A stretch of 64,000 bases of DNA from contig NC_083287.1 of the NCBI RefSeq assembly GCF_963506605.1, positions 34,286,001 through 34,350,000 on the forward strand, read 5' to 3'. Below, piece by piece: positions 1 through 14,806 of the stretch. Every line of letters begins with the position of its first letter. Positions within the stretch are counted from its first letter, which is position 1. Source of the DNA: Zootoca vivipara (lineage: Eukaryota). The notes beneath the pieces are model-generated. The model did not search any database and was not told the DNA's origin. It saw only the letters and a list, made by a program, of their open reading frames with translations. The translations under genes were made by a program, and so were the position numbers.

Positions 1-269
1 AAATGTGAGCATATCTAAAGAAGTGAGGAAAGTAAGCTTCAAGAGAAGACAGATTTTGGCAGCTAAGATAACCCCTTTTTCTCTTAATGATGATTTGCAG
101 CCTTAATTGTATATTTGTAAGCAGTCAAGTATTTTTTTAAAAACAACAACTACATGCCATTGTTTTTTAGATGTTGCTAAAAAGGACAGAGTAGCAATTT
201 TTAAAACGGGCATAATGTTGTATGAGTCTCAACCGCAGATAAATTAAGGAATGTCAACTGAATACAAAT

Positions 270-446
<177 letters not shown>

Positions 447-1840
447 TTAAGACCAAAAAAACCACAAAACATATATAACACTAGTGACCGGCCCATCCAG
501 GGTGATCAATAAGGGAACACAAAGCAATCACTTTGCTCCATCTTCTACCCATTTCAGGGAAAGTGTGACTGTCTAGAACAGGCATTTCACCTAATTCCTG
601 GATACAAGAGCTGCCCATGAACTACCCCCTGTCTTACCAGAATTCAGCTTCAGTTGTATTATTAATTATTATTATTATTGATTTCATTTTACATGTTAGT
701 TGTAAAATTTCAACACTATACATTACATGTATTGTATTGTATTGTTATATATACGGATCCCCCACATCTAACCCTAAACCCTATACCCAACTCACCATTT
801 ACCCATATACCCATATATTTATTTCAGTTTATTTGCTCTCATCCAATCCACTACTGCCGCCAAGCACCATTTCATTACCTGTAATAATGCAGGTGTCATG
901 CATTTTCACATTTGGTCATAAGATGGAGCAGTTTCATATTTAGACAAAATATCCATTTGCTATTGTGGGCACCTTCTCAAAAAACACATTGCTTTGGACT
1001 TTCTCTCTCTCTCTGGAGAAACCAAATGAAGTTTTTACTGATCAGAGAATATATGGGTTTTTGCAATGGCTAAAATCCAGTTTCTTACTAACTCGCAGTA
1101 ACAGTAAGGTTTCAGAACCTATAGTGTAATACCAGGCAGCGTTCATCACTTCACAGTTGTTGGATTATCACATTTTCTCCTGACGCCTTACTCCTCTGTG
1201 CTGCTGTATATGCCCCCTCTAGCCAAACTTGGCCCTCCTCACTTCATTCTGTTTTTGTTCCTATTGCTGTTCATTTCCAGATTCAACTTTTTTTCCTTTC
1301 TGGGTAGATTTATCTTGGAGGAATTCCCTCTGCACTTATTAATGGGGTTACTTCTCTCTCAGCTTCATCTGAAGGCAAGTTATGTTTGAAGCTATAGTTT
1401 GTCCATGAGACATCACATATACATTACAGTTTATTTCAAAATGAGACCAGTCAATTGGAAAGAATAAAAAATGAGAAGCAGGAAAGTATTTGGTGAAAAA
1501 CAGAAACTAAATGGATCTTGGTATCAGCTAATAGTGTTATGATACTAGTTCCTACATAATAGCCTTTCTCCCTGCATGAAACTGTTGTATATTACAACTC
1601 AGTAGACCTGTCTCTTAAGGATCTGCACATCACTTTGAGCTTAGCAGTATGGGAGGATGCTGCAAGGCTGCAGTTCATCCCACAGGACCAAGATCTTATA
1701 GGTGACAAGTGGTTCACACATTCAAAGAACTATGCAGAAGCATTTCAATTTGTTTGGAAGCTGCAAGCTGAGAATTGGCCTTCATGCCATTGAACAAGTG
1801 AATCTTAAGGTTTTTAAACATTGCTGTATGTGCAAAACAT

Positions 1841-2279
1841 TCTGTCTTGAATAAGACAATTTTGTAAGGCATTATCTAGCTACTCGGAAAGGTTTCTAAA
1901 GAGCAGGCTATAATAAGTACATAAAAATAAAGTGATGATGCACATAGGTGTGTTACTTTGCTTAAACACCATCCTGTATTACACATACACACACGATATG
2001 GAATTGTAGGATGGTGTTTAAGCAAAGTAACACACATGTGTATGTGTATCTTCTGGTCTTAACTGAGTATGGTTTCTTAAACTGCAATTGATGCTTATTA
2101 TTTGCAATGAGAAGATGGAATTAAATTTTATAAAATGTCATGTAAGCAAGTTGGCTTTATGATGAAAACATGGGCCTAAATCATCACTTATTTTTATGTA
2201 CTTATTATAACCTGCTCCTCAAAAACCTTTCCCAGAGTAGCTAGATAATGCCTTACCAAATTGTCTTATTCAAGACAGA
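1841..2279. repeat. Nested inverted repeat (outer arms 1841-1938 / 2181-2279; perfect 28-bp inner arms 1948-1975 / 2008-2035)
   Basis: Reverse-complement match read directly. Confidence 0.9.
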
Positions 2280-2442
2280 TTGTTCTATATCTCAATGTCT
2301 TGACTTTACTGGGACTGAAAATATCCATCCTTTAGCATTCACCTGATTTAGGATCTTAGAATTATTGCAGGTTGCAGGAAAGAAGCAGGATAGCTGCAGG
2401 TACAGTACAAAAAAAAAAACCTAATGGAAATAAGTTGCTTTA

Positions 2443-2670
<228 letters not shown>

Positions 2671-4149
2671 TTATTTTTATTATAAAGTACTATAGCAAAT
2701 AGTAACTTAGAGGAAAACATCTATTCGCATCAGTGATTCCAGACAAATATGCTGTACTATAAAATAAAGCTAGAAATTTTAAAATGTGTTTTTCTTTAAA
2801 TGGGATTACATAAAGGAAGAAAAGGTGTTATCTTCTACTCAGTTATGAATACACACATTTCATTATTTAAAGAGAGATATCAGAGATATTGCAGCGTTAT
2901 AGACAAGGGTACAATTCCAAAGGGAGTTCCACTGGTGATATAGGCAAGGAATTAAGAACATTTGCACTATTCCTTTAAAGGTTTTAACATTCAGCTATTT
3001 CCACACACAATTTTGATTTCATCTGGTTTGTTATTTTAATGTTGATTTTTCTAGATTTGCTGTATTTTACTATTTTTTCAAATATTTATTGTAAGCCACT
3101 CTGATAAGTTTGAAGAGCTAAAAATCTTACAAATACTCAGTAGCCTGGTTCACACATGCTAAGCCAAATCAAAGTTTGTTCTTGGTGTAGAAGTCATGGT
3201 TAGTCTGGAGAGAACTAAACCATAGACCCTACTTTGGATAGCATGCTAAGCCAAACTATGGCTTAGCTCAGCACAGCAGAAAAACAACAAAACAACTAGG
3301 GAGCAGCCAAGTGGCTGTCATCTACTCCCTGGAAGCCTGCATGTTTGGGCTAAGCCATGGCTGTGTCAGGACAATGCAGATGGAGGATTTGGCTGAGGAT
3401 CTGGGCAAGGGCTCCAGCAGGATGTAGGGGACTCTGCCAGGAGTGGGGCAGTCTGTTAGTGAGGAGCCTGGGAAGGGGGGCTCCCTTAAGCTGCTCACTT
3501 GTCTCATCTGTCCCCATGATGAGACCCATGAGACCCACCTCCCTCTACAGGGCTGCCAGAACCTGTATCTGACACTCCCTCAGCGCTCACTGCACCACCC
3601 ACCTTGGCATCATCAGTAACTGTGCCTACCCAGATGGGGATATTTCACTAGGTCCAGCAGGAGCAAAAAGAGTAGGGAACCGAGGGTTCCACCTACTATA
3701 TGTAGTGTGATATTGCATAAACGTTTACTGCCCTATGATGAGCCCACCCCATTTCAGAAAGGGGTGTGTGATCAACAACTAAAGTTTTGACAGTTCAGAG
3801 TACCAGCCTTGCAGCTGCATTTAAAATTAGTCATGTGTGTTGCCTGAAGTGCCAGCAATGAGTATATGTACTGCAGTAATCAAAACATTAAAGCCTTTGG
3901 AAATAATCATTCAAGTCCTTGTTCTTCAGCAACTGGGAGACCAGAGACGAGCCATCCTTTACTTCTTTTCACTAAATGCACCAAGTTGCTGCCTTGAAAA
4001 GCAGGCTATAAATATGAAAAACTAAAACTAAACTACAGTACCGTATAAGCCACCTATAGAGAGGTACATTTGCTGAAATGTCATTCATATACTGCAATGC
4101 AGCATAAAGACACTATATAAAATCCAATTTGTGCCCTAGTGCTTTTGGA

Positions 4150-4720
4150 TCAGGCTCAACAGGACATGTCGAGCTATCTCATGCCTGCAAGACCACAGTT
4201 TCTTGATCAATTTGGGCCAAAAATCATCCCATGTAAGTGAGTCAGCTGATTCATCTGGGCACTTCTCTATAAACACCAAGTCAGCAACAGTTTATCTGAC
4301 CGTGGATAGGGTAATATTGGGGGAGTAGATGTTACACCCAGCTGTATTTCAGGAAATTAAGACTTGTTATGGCATAATCAAAGTGGACCCTCTGCATCAG
4401 ACATAAAATATCAGGTTGAGAGGTTCTTCACCAGGTTCCATTGTCTGATGGCAGAAGCAACAGATACACTAGCAGCTTTGTGGCCATCTGGTCTACTTTA
4501 TGCCTTCCCTCCAGTTCCGGTTATTCCTCGACTCCTACAGAAACTTTGGGAAGAAAGGGCTCTGCTAATTCTAATGGCACCATATTGGCCATGGATGTCA
4601 GACATTCTGGATCTGGCCATAACTTCCCCACGACATTTTTCTCCTCAGACTTCATCTTCACCTGAATCTAAGTTGGCTGCAGTTAACAGTTTGGTTTTTG
4701 AGAGGAATGAGCCTCTGACT
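4150..4720 (+). mobile_element. Degenerate DIRS1-like retrotransposon fragment
   Basis: ORF 4364..4789 contains W..GLLYAFPP..VIPRLLQKL...LILMAPYWP, typical of the methyltransferase-like domain of DIRS1 pol. Confidence 0.7.
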
Positions 4721-6085
4721 GAGATCCCTCGCTTCATTCCACTTCCTCAATATCCAATTCCCCATAAGGATTCATATTTTCCCCTTTAATGCAGGGCCAT
4801 TAGATGCAGAATCAGCTGGAACAGCAATGCCTTTAGCTGCATGGAATTGACTGGAAGAGGCATCAGGAGGTGGCTGGCTGCCTGCCATAAGAGATGGAGC
4901 AGTTGCCAAATTATGAGAAGGAACGAGATAGAGCTGACTATGGGAACTGGAAGGCACAGAATTAGATTCAGGATCCAACCCCCTGGGCTCTAAATAAAAA
5001 GCACCTAATGGCACCTCTTTGATTGGGTTTAAGGCCTTCACTGAAAATAACACAGACTGGGGAGAAAAGCGAGGCAGCCTGATGAGAAGTGCCAGCAGCA
5101 GCATTGTTAACAGTAATAGGTTATGAATGAGGCATAGCTAAACAAGGCAACTCCTGGGGTTGGGGGCTGACAGGAGAGCCCTGGAATCCCTCAAAGTCCT
5201 CCTCTTCTGAGGAGCTGTGGGAGCAAGAAACATTCACATGCTGGGCTTGGTGATCCATCTCCACCACATTACATCCCACAACACAGCCTCTCTCTTTAAA
5301 AGGACAGGAGACAGCCATTCAAGAACTCATCCCCTCTGTTGCTGAGCACTCATCCCTATAACAAATGCACTTCTGTACTCTCAATTCAGAGCTATGAGAA
5401 ACAGCCCCTTCAGTATGTTTGCACTTCTGAGTCACTTTGCAAGCCACAGGACAACCAGAGCTGACTGGGGATGCAGTACACATAATTTCTTGAAAAGACA
5501 AATTGCTTTGCAGACTGGAATCTGAGCACGGGACCAACACAAACGCCTAATAAGAAGGTGTGGTTTGCTGGGGCTTCCTGGGCATGGCTCCCAATACAAG
5601 AGTCTCTTAAACTTTCAACTGATTCCTACCCTTTGTAAAAGTGGGCACCAAGAAGGGAAAACAAGGAGGAACACAAAGCCAGAAACAGGGTGGCAGAAAC
5701 TACAATATAAAGTCATGGGGGAAAGAACACACTGGAAGAAAACAAAACAAAGGAATTAACAGCAGAGAAACAGCGTAAAAAAAGGCAGTGTTGAAAAGCT
5801 ATGAAAACAGCAAACTGTAAGACGTCCAACTGGCAAACCTTAACCCCACCCCACCCCGGCCCTGGGAAATTAAAGTGAAGTACATGAAGACACTCATTTA
5901 CTCAAGGAACAAGAGACCTCCACAGAAAACAGGACGACCACACAAAAAAACAACCACCCCGCAGATAAGATATATAGTATTTAGTGAGAAAAGGCAGGGA
6001 GCAACAAAGAACAGCGACAACTCGACTCAAGGTACCGGTAGGAAAGCAAACTGAATTCTGGAAGCTGAAACCAAAATTAAAAAAA

Positions 6086-6156
6086 ATCCTTCCAGTAGCA
6101 CCTTAGAGACCAACTAAGTTTGTCATGGGTATGAGCTTTCGTGTGCATGCACTTTC
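6086..6156. mobile_element. Penelope-like element terminal fragment
   Basis: gtagcaccttagagaccaac...atgagctttcgtg resembles reptile Penelope-like terminal sequence as recalled. Confidence 0.55.
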
Positions 6157-7866
6157 CTAATCAACACTTTAATGCCTCAACCACAAGGTGGTGCTGCATA
6201 ACCCATAGTAATGAGCTTCACCAACAACAAAATGTAGTGGGGAAGCAAATGTTGCCAGTTCCTCCTTTCCCCAACAGCTCTACCCCATGCCACCTTCCAC
6301 CTTGCTCTGGAAGGTCCTTCAACTCTCTGGAATGGATTTTTAGGGGGGACTAGGGTCTGCAAATGGTGCAGTGGCCCAAAGTACCTGCTCCTCCTCCATT
6401 AGACAACACGGGATCAAAAGCAAGGGAACAAATTTGATTCCACTCCATGTTCCTATAATTTTTAGACCAACCTTTATGTTGCAGAATGTACCATGGGATG
6501 CTAAATTCAATAGTGAAATAACATCCAAGTAAAATCTCAGCAAATTTGAGGTAATAATGCAATTAAGCACTTCCATTTTAATATGAAAATATAATTCTAA
6601 TAAATTTTAAAGGCTGAAGATGACTTAAGGCTGAACTATATAGCAAGAACAGACACTTGTGGCCCTCCAACTGTTGTTAGACTACAACTCCCATTGCTCA
6701 TGTTGATGGGTTGATGGTAGTTAGAGTCTAACAACTTCTGGAAGAGCACATGTTGCCCACTGCTGATAAGGCTGTGGAATCATGCCCCTGCCACATCTTT
6801 TATGGGAACCTCCCTCCCACACACACACATTACATCTGACTACTGATAACCTTCATTAAAGGTATAATGATCCTTATGAACACTCCAGACAAATTGAGTA
6901 TGTCCTTAACTACAGTTGATGATAAAACTTCACTTATATTTGTAAACCACTCTGGGAACCTTTTTTGGATAAAGAGTGGGATAAAAATGCCAGTAACAAC
7001 AACAACTACTACTCAAGCTTAAACTCATTACGCAGAACAATTTGCATTGGTTCAGTTACATCACATTAATCCATAGTTCAAAGCAATGTGAATGAGCCAC
7101 AATTTCCATACTCAAAAGTTACCATGGTACTCCTCAACACTCCTGTTCCTCTCATGCTGCAGACAAAACAAAAAAGATTCTGGCTTGTTATGTTGCTCTG
7201 AATCTGGGTTCATAGCTTGTCTCCTCTAAATAAATCAAGAACAGCCAGCCAGCAAGAAACTATGAACACTCTGCACCAGCATGCTGCTTATTCATTAAAC
7301 TGTAGTTTGATTTAAACTATGGTTTTATGCAGCATGTAAACCAGGTACTGTTGATTAAAACAGATAATAAAGGTTATTCTAAGATTTTCTGGAAATCACT
7401 TAATACATACAATTAAGTGATTCTCTGAGCAAACTCATTGAAATCAATGGACTTCAGTCATGACTAACAAGTTTATTGAAATTGATTTCAAAGAGTCTAA
7501 ACTGAGTATGACTTAGATACCACCCAAAAAGTATTACGTGCTTACGAGTATGATTTATTATAGCAGATGGGTTGCATCCAACTAAGTTATACTCAGAGAA
7601 GACTTGCTGAACTCAATATACTTGTCTAATTTGTCCACTGATTCCAATGTGTCTGTACTCACAAGTATGACTTAGCTGCATACAACCTAATGTGCTTAAG
7701 ATAAATATGCTACTATATAATTCTATTCTGCTTTCTAATGTTTAGTTATCTACCAGTTTCCCCCTTAAACACATACATAATCTGGTTGACAAGATGCACT
7801 AGAGTGGGGGTGGGAAGAATGAAATTTCTGGAATTTCTAGGAGCACTGCACAAATATTTCAACTTA

Positions 7867-8061
<195 letters not shown>

Positions 8062-11000
8062 TCACAGGAAGAAAATAGGCTCATTCTTGGAAAATCACCT
8101 GCTAGCATGCTATTCTTAAAGCACCTTTCCTCCAAGGAGACTTCTCAATCAGAATGTTAATACTGAAAACAAAACAAAAAACTGAAAGGAACTGTACAGA
8201 GAGAGACTTACACTACAGTATACAAGATGAGATGACCAGTGAACTGCAAATAATGTAGAAATAAAAGCAATGAGTTAAATACAGTACTACTTCTTAAACA
8301 GCAAATATTATCCTTAGTTTTCAGTTAGCAAACAGCGCAAGTTCTAAGTTCTTAATTTATAACTTTTACAAAAGAAAAAAATCAAGGTACTGTATTAAGC
8401 TCTAAAACAGATTGATCTGCCTATATCAGCAGTCTGTAGCAGAGTCCAGATCAAAGTCCAATTTCACATTTCTTTCAAGCAGAAGTATGGTTGTCAATAG
8501 AACTCACAAGGTACAAAAAAATTGTTAACAGCTGCATTGCAACTAAAGTACCTATTATTTTTCACTTTTATTTCATCCTGGAAAACAAACCAAATAGAGA
8601 ATTTTAAGTGCTACTTTATATTAATTCTTTTCTGTGGCAAAACTAAAAGAAAAAATGTGTTAATGAAGGTTCCCATACAGTTACTCGTGGCAAACTTAAT
8701 GTAGTTTGATTTCCTAGTGGTTTTCTTCAAAAACTTCATTGTGTACCTTCTAAACAGGTTGATTACATTGCACTGTGGAATTTTACTTCTACTACTGTAA
8801 AGAAAAATACTTAATTTGGGGTCTATATGTGTGTCTCAATATATTACCTATGAGTTATACCTGACACATAGGCAAAAAAAAAAAAAAACCAGCAAGAAAG
8901 CCAAGTAAGAGTAAAGATACAGAGAAGTGACTTAAGTAAAAAAGTAATTTGTATCATTTTGAAAATAAGTTCACCATCTCAGGTCAGAAAAGTTACAGAA
9001 AAAGTGTCATTTCTGTAAGATCAAAAGCAGGTATACTTCACAGTGGGGAAAGTATTTAACATGGGGAAAGACTGGGAGACTGGGAGTGTTTTTAACTTAA
9101 CAGTACAGCCATAGCTTGATTACTTACCAGTACTATGAATTCTCCTATTGGATAAATCTCCTTCACATATCCCCTCTCTATGGAATGAGCTGTCAGCACC
9201 ACCTTGATGACTCAAATCTGTTGAAATTTCAAATGTCATGGATGTGAGCCCATGCAATGATGCATGTGGTGTGTTATTTGCCTCTAACTACATGTTAGTA
9301 TAGTGTCAGAACTCCCAATAGCAAACAAAAACCCAACAAACTAAGGGAATCCAAGACTGCGGATTTATGGAGGAGATGACAATAGTAGAATTCTAGTTAT
9401 TGACAAGCAGCATAGTTTTCTGCTCAGGGTATTTCCCAGAATTGTCACTCTTGGGAGACTTGGTACCAATCTCCCCAAGGAACAGAAAATACAATATATT
9501 AGCAAAATTTCTGGGTATTCATGTAAAATATAAATCAGTGGCCTTATCTTACACAGCACTAATTCATATAAACCATGGCATTGTATATAGGGCTGGTGGC
9601 CAAGGCCTGCACAAAAGGGCCTGGAGGGCCAAATTTGGCCCCAGCCCTGGTCTACAATGAACAAGCAATGCACCCAATGCTGCTCAGTTGCTTCTATTCT
9701 ACTTTGCCTACATACAGAACAAACAAACAAGGCTTGGCTTAGCATTACGTGTGAAGCAGTGCTCATGGTTTGTTTCTCCCAAACAAGCCACAAGTAGTAA
9801 GCCAAGATAAGGCTGTTTCTGCAAGTGGCTCCAAATATGCCAACTCTGTTACATACCAGATCCACATTTCAATTGTTCATGGCTATTTTAAGACTAAATT
9901 CAGATTGCTGACATGTATCTCTATGCTTCCTGAAAATAACAAACCCAGCCTTAAAGCACAAACCTACACTGTACAGGTCTACTCAAAATGTGACTTATGT
10001 CTAGGTAAACTGGTACTCATTGTAGCCTTAAATATGCTCATGTCTGCAGTTAAAAGTGAAAGTGTGCCCAATCCTGTTCTGTTTTTTTTAATGATATACA
10101 TATGGAGGGAAACTGGCACCAGAAGCAGCTGCTTCACGGGAATACTGATCCTGGAAATAATTTTCCCACATACTATTAAGTCAGATTAATATATTTTTCT
10201 GCAAGTAGTAGCCATGATAAATTTATTAGTAGTTTAATATACACATGCCATATATTATGTGATTAGGTGGTGAACACAAGGACAGTGGTTATCTGTTGTA
10301 GCACTCTGATTGTATGATGTCATCACCAAATATATTTACTTTGAACCTACTTTGATTTGTTTTAGGTGCCAGGAAAAACCATTTTAATTTCCTAATGCAT
10401 GGGTTTCCAACATGGCACCCATAGGCAGCACCCATAGGCACCTGTGTGCTTTCAGTACTTTCTATTGCATCCACAAAAGTCTCAGTCAAAAAGGTAAAAA
10501 CTTTCCATTTAGTATGAACATTGGCGGGTTTAATTGCAGATAGATGTGGGGCTGTTTAAGGCTATTTTGCAGTGCTGTTTTGAACCTTTATCTTTATTGT
10601 ATTTTAAATTGGTATTAGATTTTGATTTTTATAAACCAGCTTGAACTTCGGTGTGATACAAATAATGTAAAAATGGATTAATATGCATTATGACAAATCA
10701 CACAATGTTTTGCCATAAAGAATCCTTTATATGTTGTTACACACCAGGCAACATGGGCTTTGACATATGTGCTTGTTTTCAGAAGAAAAATTTTCATATA
10801 TTTTTATTTTGCAAGATTTTCAAATGCTATTTTACTCATTCCTCATCCCATACTATTGGCCATTTAGTAACATATTGCAATGCTTCTGGCACCCATCTGT
10901 CTCAAGAGACAACAGAGTGCACCTCGTGGCACAAGCTTGAGCAGTGTGTATGGAGGTCCATGGTGACAAGACCTTGGCCTTGCTGTTGTGGTCCAAAGGA

Positions 11001-14000
11001 AAGCAGAGCAATACATTGAGCACCAGCTTGGCTGCTAGAGTTGCCGGAAGGAGGCGTACAAGCAGCCATCCAACCGTCTTAGGGACTCCATTCAGTATCT
11101 GTGCAGGTTTTACTCCTTAGCCTTTTCTTCTCCTGAATATATCCCACAAGGCAGCAGTTTAGGACCAGAGCTTTCCTTCTCCTGGATGTACTACCTTCCC
11201 AGGTCGATGAGCCCCAATTGCCACACACTTCCCTCTACAGCACATGCAGAAACCACCTTCTTGATGGTTGGACCCACTATTGGTCTCGTCTGCTCAGAAA
11301 GCCTCCTCTAACATCCCATACATCCCTATCACAGTGTAATATTTAAGCAAAAACTGCTTCCTCCGTAGGGATAGGAAAGAAAACAAAAAAGTAACTCTGT
11401 TGAAGTTACTCAAAACACTATCTAGTTGAAGGGGGAGAACAATTACATCATGAGTACCTGCTCAAAACCTGGCAAGGTATTTGTAATGTAAAACAGCAAA
11501 AAGTAGGAACAGAATAGTACAGAAGAATGTGCAAACCCAGAGAAACAGCACATACAAGGCATATCATTATTTATTAATTTATATATCTCCCAATGCCCAG
11601 ATGGCTTCTAAATAAGAACCCCAAGGCGCCATCTAACCTCAAGCAAGATCAATAAAGTCAATATGCAATTAACCAGTAAATATTAATATTAATATATAAT
11701 ATATTAATATTAATAATAAACAAATGCACCTGTTCCAAGCTACGTTTCCCCCTTTTCACATTCCTCTTATGCAAGAACAACATCTATATGAGCTGATTTC
11801 AGGATAAGGAATCCTAAATCTACAATAAAAATATATATAATGAAATTAAAAGAATACAGTAGAGTCAGAACAAGGATTAGGATTCTCTCTCCCTCCCTTC
11901 CCCTGTTGCCAATGATTTTTCATGTACCAGGGATTTGTACAGAACGCAATCCAAATTGATTAAATATCTATATCACAGAAACAATCTCTCGATCCATGAC
12001 TGGTGAAGGCAAACTGGGCAAGAATGAAAAAAGCTTGCTTGGCTCTTTTTGCCATGGTAGAATGTGCAAAGCAGAAGATGCAGCAAATCCCAAGAAACTT
12101 AACACTGCTGGCCAGCAGCAATGGAATAAAAGCTAACATCCACTTCAGAGCGGGGCTTATTCTATCCAATCAATTGCAGCTTTTCACTATATGCCTCAGC
12201 CATACAATACACAGAATTCAAAAGATATGTTAAAATGTCTGAAAACAACAATTCAAAGGCCTTTTGAAATAAAAAAAAATTAAACTAGATTCTGAAACTT
12301 ATAAGAATAAGAATAGAAATAGGAATAAGAAACAGGAATAGTGCCTGCCTGCTTTCTAACGATATATAAACCAAAAGCACAACTCCTTGAAGACACAAGA
12401 CATGCACCTGGTCTTGATAATATCAGGTCATAAGAGGATGTGTCAAGGTTAAAACTCCCTGATAATAAAGTAGATGGCCAAGTTTATATATTTAAGGTAT
12501 TGCCCCCACCCCACCGACTTGGGTAGGGCAGAAGGTAAATGTTATTCATACAGATGAATATCCTTACTCAGAAGAACACAAGTGAAACACAACTTTTCAC
12601 AGATTCCTACAAATATTATATTTGAGCCTTCCTGGTTATGAAAAACAAATTAATAGGGCTTTTTATGCCTGAGTGCCACTCTCAGAAGTAGACTAGCTTT
12701 ATTTTTCAGCTTTAATATTCAAACACTTGTGTTCCGTTCACCATTTTATAACTATACAACCTGTTACAACTTAACTGAATTTAAAGTCGTATCTTATCTC
12801 CACAATTTTAATGTGCAATATTTTTATACAATTATTTTGTCAGTTTTCTGCATAATCTGTTTCAGAGTGGTATTTTACTAAAAATTTGCTTAAGGGCTAG
12901 ATTCTTCAACTGAACAGGAATCTTTCAGACTATTCACAAGTTTAGACCATGGTCGTCATATGAATTCTGTCACTTAGTATACTTTTGTAAATAATTTTAA
13001 AATGTCCAGCATTTAAAATACTATGCCAATTTACATTACCTCTTATGTACAGGACATAGTTGAGGATTAAAGTTATGGGTTTCATTTCTGGCATTATCTT
13101 TTTTTAAAATCAAGTAGTTTCATCAAATAATGAGTCATGTAATCACATTTAAGTTTAAATCCCACCATGTAATTTTAAATCTCTTCTGTCACACTGACAG
13201 CGAGTCATAGCCATATTTAATTTTAAAACCTCTATCAAAGAAAAACAGCCTGAACAGTCTGAATTGATTCAAATGCCATGGCATTTAGTGGCTAGCTGCC
13301 GAGATCAAAGTTGAGGACAAAGAGCAAAGGGAATCAGAACAGACATTTATAGTAAAAAAAAAAAAATCCCGGATTTTTAACAAATATGTCATAGTCATGT
13401 TTTAAAAAACAATGCTTTCCATGAACTGTGATCTATTCTTCACACCTCCGAATCATAATAGAAACTGCTAAAGTACCAATTACACATTTTTCAAATCGCT
13501 AACAGCATGAGCAACTGTTGCTAAGCATCTGTTTCAAGTACAGAATGTTCTGCTCTGCCATTTAAATTTTCAGTACAGTTCTGAGTACCTGGGGGACTTT
13601 GACTGGCCATTAGCTTCAAACAACTGTTCCCTACCATTCTTAAGTTATTCTTTTAAGGAAAATCTGAAGTACAGTAGAGGTAAAAGACCTGACAGGTTGC
13701 TTTAAAAATTGTCTTTTTCTTATATGAACAACACATACCTTTAATGTTTCAATGGAATATGCTAGCAAAAGGTAACTTCATTAACACATTTTCAAAAAGC
13801 AACTCGCAACATGCACTTAATAGTTTTCTACTAACTTAGCTGCTGTTAAATAACCAATCAAATATTATCTACTGTTTCTTCTGCTAATATATTATCAGAA
13901 TATTGTCTGCCCCTCAGATCTTTGAAGCCCATTATGTTCTTACAGAGACTATACCTACATGCAAAGCAACTATGGCAGTACAGTATACTCTCCAGAGTAT

Positions 14001-14292
14001 TACAGATACGCAGCTAAAAAGATGATTCATATTAAGTAAACCATGACTCACAACAAACTGACTAATGCGGTATCAAAAAAATGCTAATAAAAGAGTTAGC
14101 ATCACAATTAACCAGAGGTCCACATAGAGCTGCACCAAGCATCTAAAGTATGGGCTAAGAAAGAAAAAAAGGCAATTTTATTATGCACATCTTGCCTGTG
14201 AAAAGCATTCTAGAATGGCCCCCACTAACACAATCTTTATCATTTAAGCTGCCCACTCCTGTTTAAGAACAAATGATGAGATGAATATTTAA

Positions 14293-14806
14293 ATCATAGA
14301 GTTGAAAGAGTCCAACCCCCTGCCAAGCAGGAAACACCATCGAAGCATTCTTGACATATGCCTGTCAAGCCTCTGCTTAAAGACCTCCAAAGAAGGAGAC
14401 TCCACCACATTCCTTGGTAGCAAATTCCACTGCCGAACAGCTCTTACTGTCAGGACGTTCTTCCTAATGTTTAGGTGGCATCTTCTTTCTTGTAGTTTGA
14501 ATCCATTGCTCCGTGTCTGCTTCTCTGGAGCAGCAGAAAACAACCTTTCTCCCTCCTCTATATGATATCCTTTTATATACAGTATTTGAACATGGCTATC
14601 ATATCACCCCTTAACCTTCTCTTCTCCAGGCTAAACATACCTAGCTCCCTAAGCCGTTCCTCATAAGGCATCGTTTCCAGGCCTTTGACCATTTTGGTTG
14701 CCCTCTTCTGGACATGTTCCAGCTTGTCAGTATCCTTCTTGAACTGTGGTGCCCAGAACTGGAACAGTACTCTAGGTGAGGTCTGACCAGAGCAGAATAC
14801 AGTGGT
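14293..14806 (-). mobile_element. CR1 LINE 3' fragment
   Basis: ORF2 C-terminal peptide ([10 protein letters not shown]...AVRQWNLLP); near-identical to the copy at 51551-52042. Confidence 0.93.

Noticed and set aside
4780-5540. Possible LTR-like insert next to the DIRS fragment
   Set aside because: Only one plausible terminus was found, with no TSD, and the short ORFs are not recognisable.
9365-10189. Cluster of 86-166 aa ORFs
   Set aside because: Intronic, overlapping degenerate repeat sequence, with no recognisable homology or exon-like boundaries.
10880-11300. GC-richer segment resembling an interspersed (possibly RTE-related) repeat
   Set aside because: Single copy in the window with no clear TSD or peptide motif; it cannot be classified without a database.
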